Positions 1 through 11,320 of a stretch of 64,000 nt of DNA are shown piece by piece. Below the pieces are notes generated by a model that made no database searches, was not told the origin of the DNA, and saw nothing but the letters and a program-made list of their open reading frames with translations. Both the position numbers and the translations under genes were made by a program. Numbering within the stretch: the stretch's first letter is position 1; each line of letters opens with the position of its first letter. The stretch is taken from positions 25,316-89,315 of the forward strand of contig DF237334.1 in the NCBI GenBank assembly GCA_000708835.1, in the 5' to 3' direction. This DNA comes from Klebsormidium nitens (taxonomy: Eukaryota > Plantae > Klebsormidiophyceae).

Positions 1-1076
1 GCGGTGCAAGGATCGCCAGCTGGAGGTGTTGGGGAAAATCAGAGAAGGAGCGAGATCCCCCAGCCATACGTTTCAGGGCGGGGGGAACGTCCATTGGAGG
101 GAACAGGGTGGGAACTAGGGCCCTGAATATTGCTGCGCACAGGATCACAAGTCTTTGAAGCCAAGCTGTGAGAGCCTGTCTGCAGGTCTGAGATGTTGTG
201 AGCGATGCTTGCATGAGTGTGGCCTGCTCAGGCCAGGTGTGTTCACATCTGGCACAGTCAAGCTGTGTTTACAAGCGGGCCGGAAAATGCTGGTCATGCA
301 GTCCAGTGCTTTGCTTCTGCTAGGTTTCTGACCAACTGACAACGGGAAGGATTCGAGCTATGACTTGCTTGACCAACTCTGTTTCTTTCTGAAGGCCAAC
401 CCAGTCTGCAAGTTGCACCACTTCAATTGTCTCAGCCGGATCAAGAGTGCAGAAGCCTGAACAAAGACGCCATAAAAGTGCTTGACCTTTCCGTTCGTCA
501 CCTTCTGACGCCAATGTCACTGAAGCGCCGCAGTACTATTGGGGCGCTCAGCAGCAAAGACCCACTGGACGATAAAACGTTCTTCTCGCTATCACATGCT
601 GATCAACTTGTGCATGGGGGTTGCGCATAAATTGGGGGATCCCGTTCAATGTCCTCCCGGTCTTCACTATCATCCGGGCCGCCTGAGCCGTTCGATGGAG
701 GCTGTACAGTCCTCAAGGCCGTAGATTTGGCAGAAACCTTGGCATCGCAGTGAAACCTGTGAGGAGCGCTTAAAAAGTTGTAGTGTTAAAGCATTCTTGG
801 AAGGTACGTCACGTGTTGATAAATAGGTCTTTCTGGCCGCTTCTAATCTCAGCGTGGCGTCAGGGTTGACACCATCCTGTCAAAAGGCACCATCAGCTGT
901 GCGAAGAATGTATCACTGACTGAGGCGCGCTTGTTGAATGGGTGCACTTCAAAACGGTTCCTGAACTCAGGCAGCGAAGGGTTCCAATCACTGCTACGGT
1001 ATCTCTCTCAAGAAGTGCGATCGGGTCAGCAAGTGCCCTCACTGTTCAGCAGGCTGAGCCTTATTCTATTGGCGTC

Positions 1077-4000
1077 ATGGCTGCGCCGCCCCATGTCGCT
1101 GGACTCTTCATCTATCCTGTCAAGTCGTGCCGAGGCATTGCCCTGCAGAGGGCCCACATCACAGAGTATGGTGAGCAACAGATGGGGATCACTCTTTCTC
1201 TCTTTTCAAATACCTCCGATGGCATTCTTTCGGGCAGCTACAGTTGTTGAGTTGAATCTAGAGTGAAAGTGTAACCCGTGTTGCTTGGCACTTGCATCTG
1301 TTAATTGGGACACTGTTTGATTGCTTGGGGTTATTTGTTGCTAGCTTTTAATGAATTCCCGTTGAGCACACTGAAGAGGGCATGATTGTGTAAAGCTGGT
1401 CGGCAGCCGGTGTCAGAAAGCCACCGCTCCCTTTCCCCTCGCGGCGGAGCTCAACCATCTGTTTCTCACAACTTGCCTTCAGCTCCAACAGGAAGCGCTC
1501 CCATCGTTGCATGACTGCCCGGCCAGAGAGCACCCACTTATGCCCACTTCTGTACGTTTAAATTCATCACACTGGACAAGACAAACAGTCAGAGTTCCGC
1601 CCCCGCATCTACAGTTTCGCTCTCAACTGGTGGTGGATGTTAGACAATTACGAGGGCGGCTTGCTGACTCTCATTTCTAAGTGACCTTTCCCCCAAGCAC
1701 CCACGCCCTTCCTGAACATGCAATGCTCAAATTTTCAGACACACACATAGACACACAAACAGTCGGACTTCTGCTCCGGCGTCTGCAGGCTTTGCTTTGA
1801 CCGGTTGTCGATGATCGTCAAAGACAAGGGCCGGTTGCTGACTGTCACTGTCAAGTGACCCTTCCGCGAAAGCTCCCACACCTTCCTGAACATGCATTGC
1901 TCTGTCCTAAGAGACAAAACCAGTTAACTTCTGCTCCGGCGTCTGCAGGCTTTGCTTTTGACCGCTGGTGGATGGTCGTCAATGACAAGGGCCGCATGCT
2001 GACGCAGCGCCAGGCGCCCAAGCTGGCTCTCGTGGAGACGGCCCTTCCCCCAGAGGCTATCGAGGAGGGGGCCTGGAAGCCGCTGCCCCCCGACGCCGCA
2101 CTCAGTAAGAAAACCTCTTTCACTGCTTTTTCTTTCTTCATCACTTTGGTCTGTTTTTAACATCTCTATTCTGTGAACCAAGCCCACACTTGGTGAGGAA
2201 ACCTCGCTTATCTTTTCGTGTCTTGTCTCCTTTGATTTCTACTTCTTGTTTCTATCCTGCCGCTAGACGCCGCACGCTGTGACAAGACCTTCCGTTTGCA
2301 ATGCCGTTTTGTCATTCATTTCCTGTTTCCTTCGTTTTCCTTTGTGAGAAAAATGCGTAAGTGCACTCAGGACTGCAGATTGGCACAAGCGACGACGCAT
2401 TTGCATAGAACCCATAATGCAATTAGAGGGTCATGATTGGAACAAAATTGCCCCCTTACAGAGTGGCTGTAACCGACCGCTAGCAAATTTCCACTTGGTG
2501 CTTCTCCTTGTGACAAGCTGCTCCCGTTGCTCTCCACAGGCCTGAAAGCCCCTGGAATGGGACCCCTCCAAATCTCCCTCGCCACGCTTAACAGTGGGGG
2601 TGGCTTCTTATCCCGGGTGTTTGGAACCTCAACCCTGCCGAGGTTAGTGGAAGCCTCAGTGTGGGAGTGGGCGGGGCAGGCACTAGACGAGGGGGACGAC
2701 GCAGCGGCGTGGTTCTCCGACTACCTCGACCGGCCGTGCAGGCTGGTGCGATTTGCGCCAGGTGCGTGGCTTTTCTGACGAGCTTTTGCGTTTCCCAAGA
2801 CATGATCGAACAATCATGTCCCCTTATAAAGCTCGGAACTTTGGATTGTTTGTAAGTCTTGTAGGATATGAGAAACGGAAGGTTGTCGAGAGGCATTGAG
2901 CCGCGCAAAGGCTTCCAGTTTTGACATTCTTGCAGTCTTCCAGGCCCCTGTCTTTTGTAAATGGCGAAGTGGTCGCTTCCTTCCTTGACCTTAGACGCGC
3001 TCTGCTGACGAAACACGTTAGATATCTGAACGTTGTTGTGAATGGAAGAAAAGTAAACACTTTGTCTTCGCCAAAATACGAACGCCTTCTTGACTACATA
3101 AGCACTCACGTCTCCAACGTTTTTCAATATACGAAGAAGAATGGAGCGGGATCAGCAATTTCAGGAGCCTGAGCTTGCCGGTCGACCAGACTCGTGGGTG
3201 TTCACAGATTGTGTGTCAAGCCAGATTGTTTTTCTAGCTTTGACACTTTCGTACGATTGTGCACATACTAGACTTTCTTCGAACTCGCTGCTTGTCGTGA
3301 AGATTCCTTTTACCGTATCCTCTAAAAACCGCTCAATCAGCTCAGGTTTTGAGAAAACCGTACGCCACAGGATACGAGTTACTGGAATCTGCAATCTCTT
3401 TTTGCACCGTACTGTAAGTGCCTTCGTTGTGAAGACATCAGAGTCAGTCACTCTGCTTTGTTGCAGATGTGAACAAGAGGGACGTCGATCCAACTTATGC
3501 AAGTGGCTATACCACCCAGTTCACGGACGGGTTCCCATACCTGGTAGCATCGGAGGTGAGCCCACAATGCAACGCCTGCGAAAGCAGAAAAGACTGTTTC
3601 GATTGCAGCCGAAATCCAACTTCGAGAAATGCATGAATGTTGAATCATGCTCACAAAAGCTAGAACAGGGAGACCGGACGACTTCGAAGATCAGCGGCTA
3701 CAAGTTCACCTCATTGCATCTGTCATCTAGAAGTAAGAAAGCGAAGCCTTCAGAAAGTGGCGCCCTTGTCTCGAAGAGAAGTTGCCAGCCGGAGCGCGAA
3801 TTAGAAGGGCGCAGAAGGCCGTTTTATCCTTTTTCTGATCAAGAAGCGACTGACTCCATGTGAACGTTTTTCTCAAAGTTGCTCGAATCCACATCAGGAA
3901 GTACTTCCGCGCAAACCCCAGATTCTGCTCTCCGCTGGCGAATGATTAGTACACACGATCCAGTTTGACCTGCCGGTTCTGGTGGGCGTACAGCCAGCAT

Positions 4001-6676
4001 CACACCGAAACGAGAAGCTAGAAGAGGGCATCATTTGTGCGATTCCCACCTCTTCGTCAGGTTTCGTTGCCACCGCCTCACTTTGCGTCATGGTGCTGTG
4101 CAGCCATCGCTCGCCGCTTTGAACGCAAGTCTGGAACAACCGCTGCCCATGAACCGCTTTCGACCAAAGTGAGTCCGCTCTCAGAAACACTCATTTTTTG
4201 AATTTGGGCTTTTTACTGAACACCGAGACGGACACATCCGAAGCCTTGAGCGGTGATCGCTCCTTTGCTTTGCGATCTGGTGTGCCTGTACGGTTGTCTC
4301 GGGGCATTTGCCCCTCACTTAAAAACGGTGGTCCAGCTTTTCTGTGTTCGAAACGTGTCCCGGGCATCGGTGGCGCTTACTCGTTCGGCCTTCTAAAAAC
4401 GCGTATTCGGGCTTGAACGGAAGGAGGGAGAACATGGACTCCCGAGCCGATGTTATAGACCCCTCTTAGCCATAACTTTCTAGGATCGACGGTCTAGGAT
4501 GAGTGTATGTACTAAGTGCGACCGTCGATCGAAGGGGTTATAGTCGGAAGGGGGTAACGTAGGGAGTCCGTCGGGAGTCCCTGTCCGCCTTCCATCCGTT
4601 CTGACAGCACTCGAGCAGTCGGCTCGGTCGAGCTGCCTCACCTTGAAGCAAGAAAATGATGTTCCTAGAAACTGATGCGGATTTCCTCATTAGTCACCAA
4701 TTTCTTCGCCTGCGGCTCACGTTCGTTTTTGATTATCCGTGATGTTGCCTGAGTATCGTAGCCGCTCCACTGTTGTACCACCCCTCTCGCTACGATCCTT
4801 TCTTCAGCATCGTGGTGGACGGTTGCCAGCCGTTCGATGAGGACACGTGGGCGACGGTGAGCGTCCGGAGCCCGGGGGGAGGGACCGGGGTCACGTTCCG
4901 GGGCGTCAAGCCGTGCAGCCGGTGCAAGGTGACCACCACCGACCAGGCCACCGCAGAAGTCGGCAAGGAGCCGCTAGTGGTGAGCTAGGGTTCGCTGTTC
5001 CACCGGTTTGTTTTCTTTTGTTTTGTTCTGTTTCGTTTTGTTGCGATTTGTTCGCTGTTCCATCGGATTTGTTTCTCATGTTTAGTTCGTTTCCTTTTGC
5101 TCCGTTTTGCTTTTGTACTGTTTTGTTTCCACCAACCCGTCAAAGGCGTCGTGTCCGGCCATTTTGTCCGGGGTCGTCAGAAAGGAGCCTTCCACACAAT
5201 CGGACGCGGCGGCGAACGAATTTCTAATCTTTCAGAAGGCAACTTTGATCTTGCTGTCGCTGCTGCCCCTGGGTTTCCTCGCTCTCGGGTGGATTCCAAC
5301 GAGTTCCGCGCTTTTCGTTTCCCTTTCTTTCTCTCTCCTGTTTCCTTATTCTTACCTGATCTGGCGCTCCACTTGGGTGCGATTTGGTTATGATCTGTTT
5401 TGCCCTCGTATTATGTAAATGGACCTCGTGCCCTTCTCGTAGGAGTTCACCTGTAAAGCGTGGGAGGAACTCTCCTTGTTGTGTTTGCATCCGGTTCTCC
5501 TCTCATATCTGTGTGCTTTTTCCAGGTCAATCATCTTCTTCGTGAGCGCTCACCCCGGTTTCAGTGCTTCGCGTCTTGGTCTGTTTGCAGTCGGCCGAGA
5601 GCATTGTGTCGTTATATCTGCTTTTTAGAAATTGCGGTATCACGCTACGTGTTCTTTACCTGTACCGAACACGGTTCAAACCCATTGCCTTTGGAATTCC
5701 GATAGAAGATAGAGACTCCGGGTGCCGGGAGTGCTTCGAGCATGCTCTTCGTATCCTGAAATCGCGCAATTCGATTGAAGCGCTGCCAACACAAACCATC
5801 ATTCTTTCTTCCTCGTAATTTGTCCACCCTCGCTTCTTGTTCAATACTCCCTCGCGGCAAGGCGGGGGAAGTTTCTTGTCTGAAAATCTGTGCAGAAGAC
5901 ATCCTCATCCTTAACGAAATCTCATGCCTGAAATTTGCATTGGTTGGCCTTTACGTAAAGACAATAGTACCCGTCTCCAGCAGCCAGTTCGTCGCTTTGC
6001 GAGTTTGAAGTCCTGTAACCCAAGCCTTCGGAAACAGCTGGACACAGGAGCAGTCCAGGTGGTCTCGGCGCTCGCTCTGCTGACGAGCTTGCAGCATATG
6101 CTTTTTCTCGGCCGGGGCGTTCGCACAACCGCTGCTAAACCTTTTTTCTTCCGGGGCTCTTCTCTCCGCAGACTTTGGGAAAGATTCGGCACGGAAAGCA
6201 GTTGGAGCTTCCTCGACCGTTACAAGGAGGCGTAAGTCACCGAATTACTGCATGCTCCTCCTCAGATTCCTTTTGACGCTTTTTTGACTTTCCTCATGTT
6301 CAAGCTCCATGAGTGTGCAAGTCGTTTCGTTCCCTTCGCATGGTCAGGGAAAATGAAGAAGCGCACAGCTTACAAACGCTGCATCCCGGCCGGGTTTTGC
6401 TTTTGAATTATGCTACTCACTGCGGTGCTTCCTCGATCCTACAGAATGTTTGATCAGCCCTTGTTTTCTGTAGACAAAAGTAAAAACCGCCCGTCACAAT
6501 CTGAAAAGCACCTTTGTGAATACCAGGTTTACTTTGGGATGAACATGGTCGCCGATGCACTTACTTCCGGGCAAAGCAGCGCCACTGTCGGCGTTGGCGA
6601 CGTGGCGGAAGTAGTGACTCAGCTCCCAGTGGGCGTGCACATGGCCCAAATCCATTCAGCGGCGGCAGCTAGCTAG
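1077..6676 (+). CDS. MOSC-domain protein (mARC / molybdenum cofactor sulfurase C-terminal family), 8 exons, about 335 aa
   Basis: Exons 1077-1170, 1949-2104, 2540-2761, 3467-3555, 4104-4168, 4808-4979, 6172-6231, 6527-6676. All introns are GT-AG with compatible phases; total 1008 nt. Motifs: LFIYPVKSCRGI, FDRWWMVV, FTDGFPYL, LPMNRFRPNIVVDGCQPFDEDTW, KPCSRCKVTT (Mo-ligand Cys region), VYFGMN. Confidence 0.93.
1575..2020 (+). repeat. Three tandem 160-175 bp copies of the intron-1 acceptor plus 5' half of MOSC exon 2 (two decayed, one functional)
   Basis: AG acceptors at 1613-1614, 1787-1788 and 1947-1948. Copy B cttctgctccggcgtctgcaggctttgctttgaccgg versus functional cttctgctccggcgtctgcaggctttgcttttgaccgc. 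Confidence 0.9.
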
Positions 6677-8666
6677 AGCCAGCTCTGGTAGGCCCGTAAT
6701 GGCTTTCGTCTCAGATTATTCTGTTCGTGCACATATGTAATTATAGCTTGAGTCTTGACGAAGATACCAAGGACAGCTTTGTATTGTTCGTACATATCCA
6801 GGTGTTGAAACCGCTCGCCGTAAGCAGCGCCAGAAGTTGCTTCCTAGGTCTACATGTTGACTTTCTTCAAGCGGGACAGGGAATGTGGGATTGCGCCATG
6901 GCTAGTCAGTTTGCATATGTAGGATATGTGCACCCTGATTGCAAGTATGCTAGAAAGCTAGTACGATTCAACTCTCCAAGGAGATTATTGTGTAGATATA
7001 TGGACAATACGATCACCGTCCGGGGTCCGAGCATATATTTGCCATCGTTAGATTGTGTGTGAACTGGATATTGAACTGGTGGCCCTTGCCATTACGAGGA
7101 TGTGAAGGATCACGCCTACATGCAACGAACGGGTAAGTCGACACCGGCGGCACATATGAAATTGTGTGGTTGTCGAGTTCTCTTCTCAGAAATTTTGGTG
7201 CGTGCAAGAGCAAGTTAAGAATTGTACGTGCGTTCGTACGCTTGAAGTACGAAATGACTGGGGTCTTAGCCGGGCGAACGATTCGGAACAATCAAGTGCA
7301 CGTACGTTCGCAATTACCTCGATCCTGTACGGCAACTCAAGTGTTCCTTTCGTTGGAACAAAACCCAAACTAGTTGCATGACTGTTGGCATACATATCTG
7401 CACAATGACTAGTTCCAAATTCGATGATGTTTAATCGTACCCGGCCCTTTGACCCTTCAAGTCTGAGTAAGTCTCAACAACTTGGGCCGCTATAAGTTAG
7501 ATTATATAGTCCACATTCGTGCAATTCAACCGCGAAGACCGCAAGAGAAACGAGCGGGGGGGCCTCGGGGGGGCGGCAGCCCCTTGATATATTAGGTGCA
7601 AAAGCTGTCGATCAACTGCACACGAGAGAAGGAAGCAACATGTGGAACTTGTCAAAGACAACTTCAAGCACTCGCTTCGTACTCCCTCCTGGGAGCACTG
7701 CCGCTGTAACACCGAGTTCGCTTGGCGAACACCAATTTTATAAGAAAATGGTCATTATTCCACCGGTGTAGTAGGGACTAGGTAGGTAGGTATCCTACGG
7801 ATAAGTCCTACACCTAACTTATCAGAAGTACCTAGGCAGGTACCAAGATTCGTCATCTTGAGCTGTCATGACAGCTCATCCTCACGGTGCCAGTACCTAT
7901 TGCCTACCTAGTGACTCGGATCGGCTAGAGGCTATAAATGTACCTGCTGGAGTCTGGAGGCGACTGTTCGAACAGTACCGGTACACCGGTAGGTACCTAC
8001 CTAGATGAATGCACAGATTCCTGTTACCTGTACCTATACACTGCAGCAGACGCTGACGTGACGGAATCAGACGGCGGATACGACACGAAGGATATACGTA
8101 CGGCAGATTGCATACCTCGCATTTCAACCGGTACATAACACACGCAATGATTTGCTGTCGTACCGACTTCCTTGTACCTACTGGAAACAGAAACACCCGT
8201 GGGCCGTACACCGGTACGCACCCTAAGAGGTACCTACCGTAGGTACTAGGTACGTAGGACTTTGGCAACTCTCGTGTGACCAAAGTGTGACCCAACCACC
8301 TAACCACCTTACCGCCTCCCGGTTCGACCCCACCCGTCTCCCGGGCGCCTATCTACGGTATGCCTAGCTGCCAGAATTGAGTCGACGCTCGTAACCCGGC
8401 TCGGGGTCCCGGCCGCCGTCCTCGTCGCCATGGGGTCGGCCAACCCAGCCTCAGAGGTTTTTGCATGAGGAAACAATTTTAAGAATGGTACCTATTGAAC
8501 TTTGAAGCTATGGCCCGCCGACAAGTCGTTGACAAAAGTTCCATGCGCCGTCGGTACCAATTTTGTGGTGCGGGGTATCGTACCCTGGAGGTACTTGGTC
8601 GAGAAGTCTGACGCCCATGTTCTCTGTCAGGCACGGGTGACGGAAGAGGCAAGTACTAAGGTCTAA

Positions 8667-9055
8667 GGGTGTCGTTCCACTAGCGGCCGGCAGAACATTT
8701 TAAATTCTGTGATTGGCTGAATATTGCTCTACCGTCGGTCAACTACCGGAGTTCCGGGCAAATAAATGCCACGTCGGCGGCACAACTTTTATTAAAACTC
8801 GACCCGACAATTTGATGGGTCGAGTTTTAAATAAAAGTTGTGCCGGGACGTGGCACCGAGTCTGCGAATCGCATGCCGCCACGTTGGATTCTGCATTCAA
8901 TGCTCTATTTTTTGGCGCAAACTCTGCCGGTCAGCTGTTCCACTAGCTGCCGGAAATTGGAAATATATCAGACTTCCGGGCAAATTCCGGCTGCTTTAGA
9001 ACCACATACTTTATTGATTTTTGCACCTGTGCAGGCCGCTAGTGGAACGACACCC
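8667..9055. mobile_element. MITE, PIF/Harbinger (Tourist-like), 389 bp
   Basis: Perfect 22-bp terminal inverted repeats gggtgtcgttccactagcggcc (8667-8688) and ggccgctagtggaacgacaccc (9034-9055). TAA target-site duplication at 8664-8666 and 9056-9058. No coding capacity. Confidence 0.88.
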
Positions 9056-11320
9056 TAAAATTATACCTTTTAATAATACCCTGAATATTGGCTCACGGCC
9101 CACGGGCCGCACCAAGCCAGGTACCGTCGCTACCCTGACCGGGGCCGCCACACACTAGGTACAATCGGCCGGGACGATGGGAGACGCAGGTCGGGAGTCG
9201 GGACCGGTGATACACGGTCGGTACTCCCGAGTCAAGACTCCCAGAACAAGCAGTGCACATTGCTGCGTGCACCCGGCTGCTCTGTCGGAGTCTGTCCCAG
9301 GCATGTGCCCTGTGCGGCTGCACAACTGCACACTGCACACTGCACACACGTACCTACTGCAGAGTGGCGGACTCTGGAGGCTTTTAGGCGCGATCCAGCC
9401 ACCGGAGATCTCTCGACTCCTGATCGAGCTGCAGCCGCAGGTGTCCTTGTCCTGCCTAGAAATCCGGCGAAAGGCCAGCTGAGAGGTAGCGAGCCGATTT
9501 GCTAAGGCCCGTAAGGGGTTCATGCAGGGCTCCAGCTGGAGCTTCAAGTTCAGGGCTTCCACCACCGTCGAATGCTGGCCCTCGTGTGGTTGCCGGGGCG
9601 ATCAGCGATGACCTATCTGCAAGGCGCTTCGTAGGAGGGAAATCCTGCAAGAGGCAGCCAGCTCAGTAGCGGTGTTCCTCGCCAATGCACAAAGATCAGA
9701 GGAAGGGGCTGGGGTATTGAGAGGTGGTTGACATTCGTTGCAATGGCCTGGTGATTGAAAAGGGGGTTTCCCGGCAGAAAATTGAGATCCAGGAATGGCG
9801 CAACGTCTCCTGAGGGCCTTGTCTCCTTTCAGGAGGAGGTCTGCTGCGCAGGTGAGACTGTCAGATCTGGCTGCCAGTTGGCGTCATTCATACTGGCGAG
9901 AGATCTGCTCTCTTAGCTTGACATTGTCCTTCCTCACACGATTTTGCACATAATGCGGGCTGCCCTGTGCGTCAACTCCTTCTTATGAACGGGTTTTGAG
10001 CGTCAAGTAGTCTTCTGCATTGACAATGTGGGGGCGCATTCACAGAGCGAGCCATCTCTGTGGCAGCCGCAACTCGTTGCATTTGTCGGCTTGTTTTTCT
10101 GGGAACGGTCCCTGACGTCCGGACAAGTCCAGACTTATTCATGGCGCCCTTCGGAACGAATCCCGTACTTCAGAGTTGGGTCGTACTTGTAATGGCGCCA
10201 TGCTTAACCAATCTCAAACGTTACATGCCCGGGATTTGGCGCGCAGGGTTTTGTTGATAGAGCTCAAAAAACAGGCAGGTTTTGTTCAAGGCGCCTTGAT
10301 TTCAAGTCCTGAAACGTGCGCTCTCAGGTGCCATCTCTTCACGTTGCTGCTGCTTGTCCGTGACTCCAGTCTGAGAACATTTGATGGAAACTCTGTCTGG
10401 ATATGACTGCTTTCATCCTACCATTATCTGTTTGCTACTGTTGTTTGTTGTCCTGCGATCGAGGAGCAGTTTAAGCAAGCACTCTGGGACACTGATTGTG
10501 CAACATCTGAAAAGCAGACGTAATTTGCACATTCTGATCTGGTGAAGCACGCATTGAGCACTCCGAATTCTGGCAGAGCTCAAGTTGGTGAAATCCTTTT
10601 AAGAAGTTGCAGTCGCTATATCAGTTGCCACGTTGCGCAGCTGGCCTCCTCAATAGACCGGGCACGAGCATGCGATTCCAAGTAGAAGAGAATTACTGGA
10701 ACCGCCTTTATTGCCACATTGTTGGTTCATCCTTGTTGAAGTCTCTTCAATGCCACACTTTAGCAACGGCGCCTAGAAAACTGGGAGCGAGGGACATGAG
10801 AACTTGGTCCTAGTCACTCAGAGTACTAGTGGAGTTGCGACTTCTTCATCAGGCCTGATTTGCGTGCACTGATCCACACAAAGGAAAGAGCACCTTTTCT
10901 GGTCTGCTCGCTGGCTGCGATCGATCCACCAACTTTGACCGCTTGGTGCTAAGGTTTCAGCTCAAGCATCAGTGAGGTCTCTCTGTGGCTCCTTTTGCAG
11001 TTTGCTGACTGCATTGCACTTTGTTGGCATCATTTGCTTTGGCCCACACGTTGGAAGCAACCCCTCAATAAGCTAAGAACGGATGTGAGATGCTATCGGG
11101 CGTGGTCCAAGTGCAACATGAGATATGAGAACATTCGCCCACATTCCCAAGGGCACAAGCAGACAGGATCTGACACTTTTGTAGCAGCGGGAAAGCATGT
11201 ACCTCTCTGCGCATTACATAGTCCGTAAACTTGCCTGACGGCATTGTTGCATATTTCAAGCGATCCAGGGCTCCGCTTATCGACATTGCTCAGATTATTC
11301 GCCCTCTTTACCTGTTGCAG

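Noticed and set aside
320-520. Minus-strand ORF with a faint BTB-like helix pattern (EVVQLADWVGL)
   Set aside because: Too short, and I could not build supporting exon structure.
4484-4530. 11-bp inverted repeat in a MOSC intron (a similar 12-bp one lies at 22982-23020)
   Set aside because: Short, with no TSD or other element hallmarks; plausible by chance in 64 kb.
7545-7605. GC hairpin ggggc-ggca-gcccc resembling a Helitron 3' end
   Set aside because: No CTRR terminus at the expected spacing and no identifiable 5' TC end or Rep/helicase sequence.
9150-10450. Scattered minus-strand coding-like stretches
   Set aside because: Multiple stops in every frame and no recognisable domain; possibly decayed TE but unsupported.
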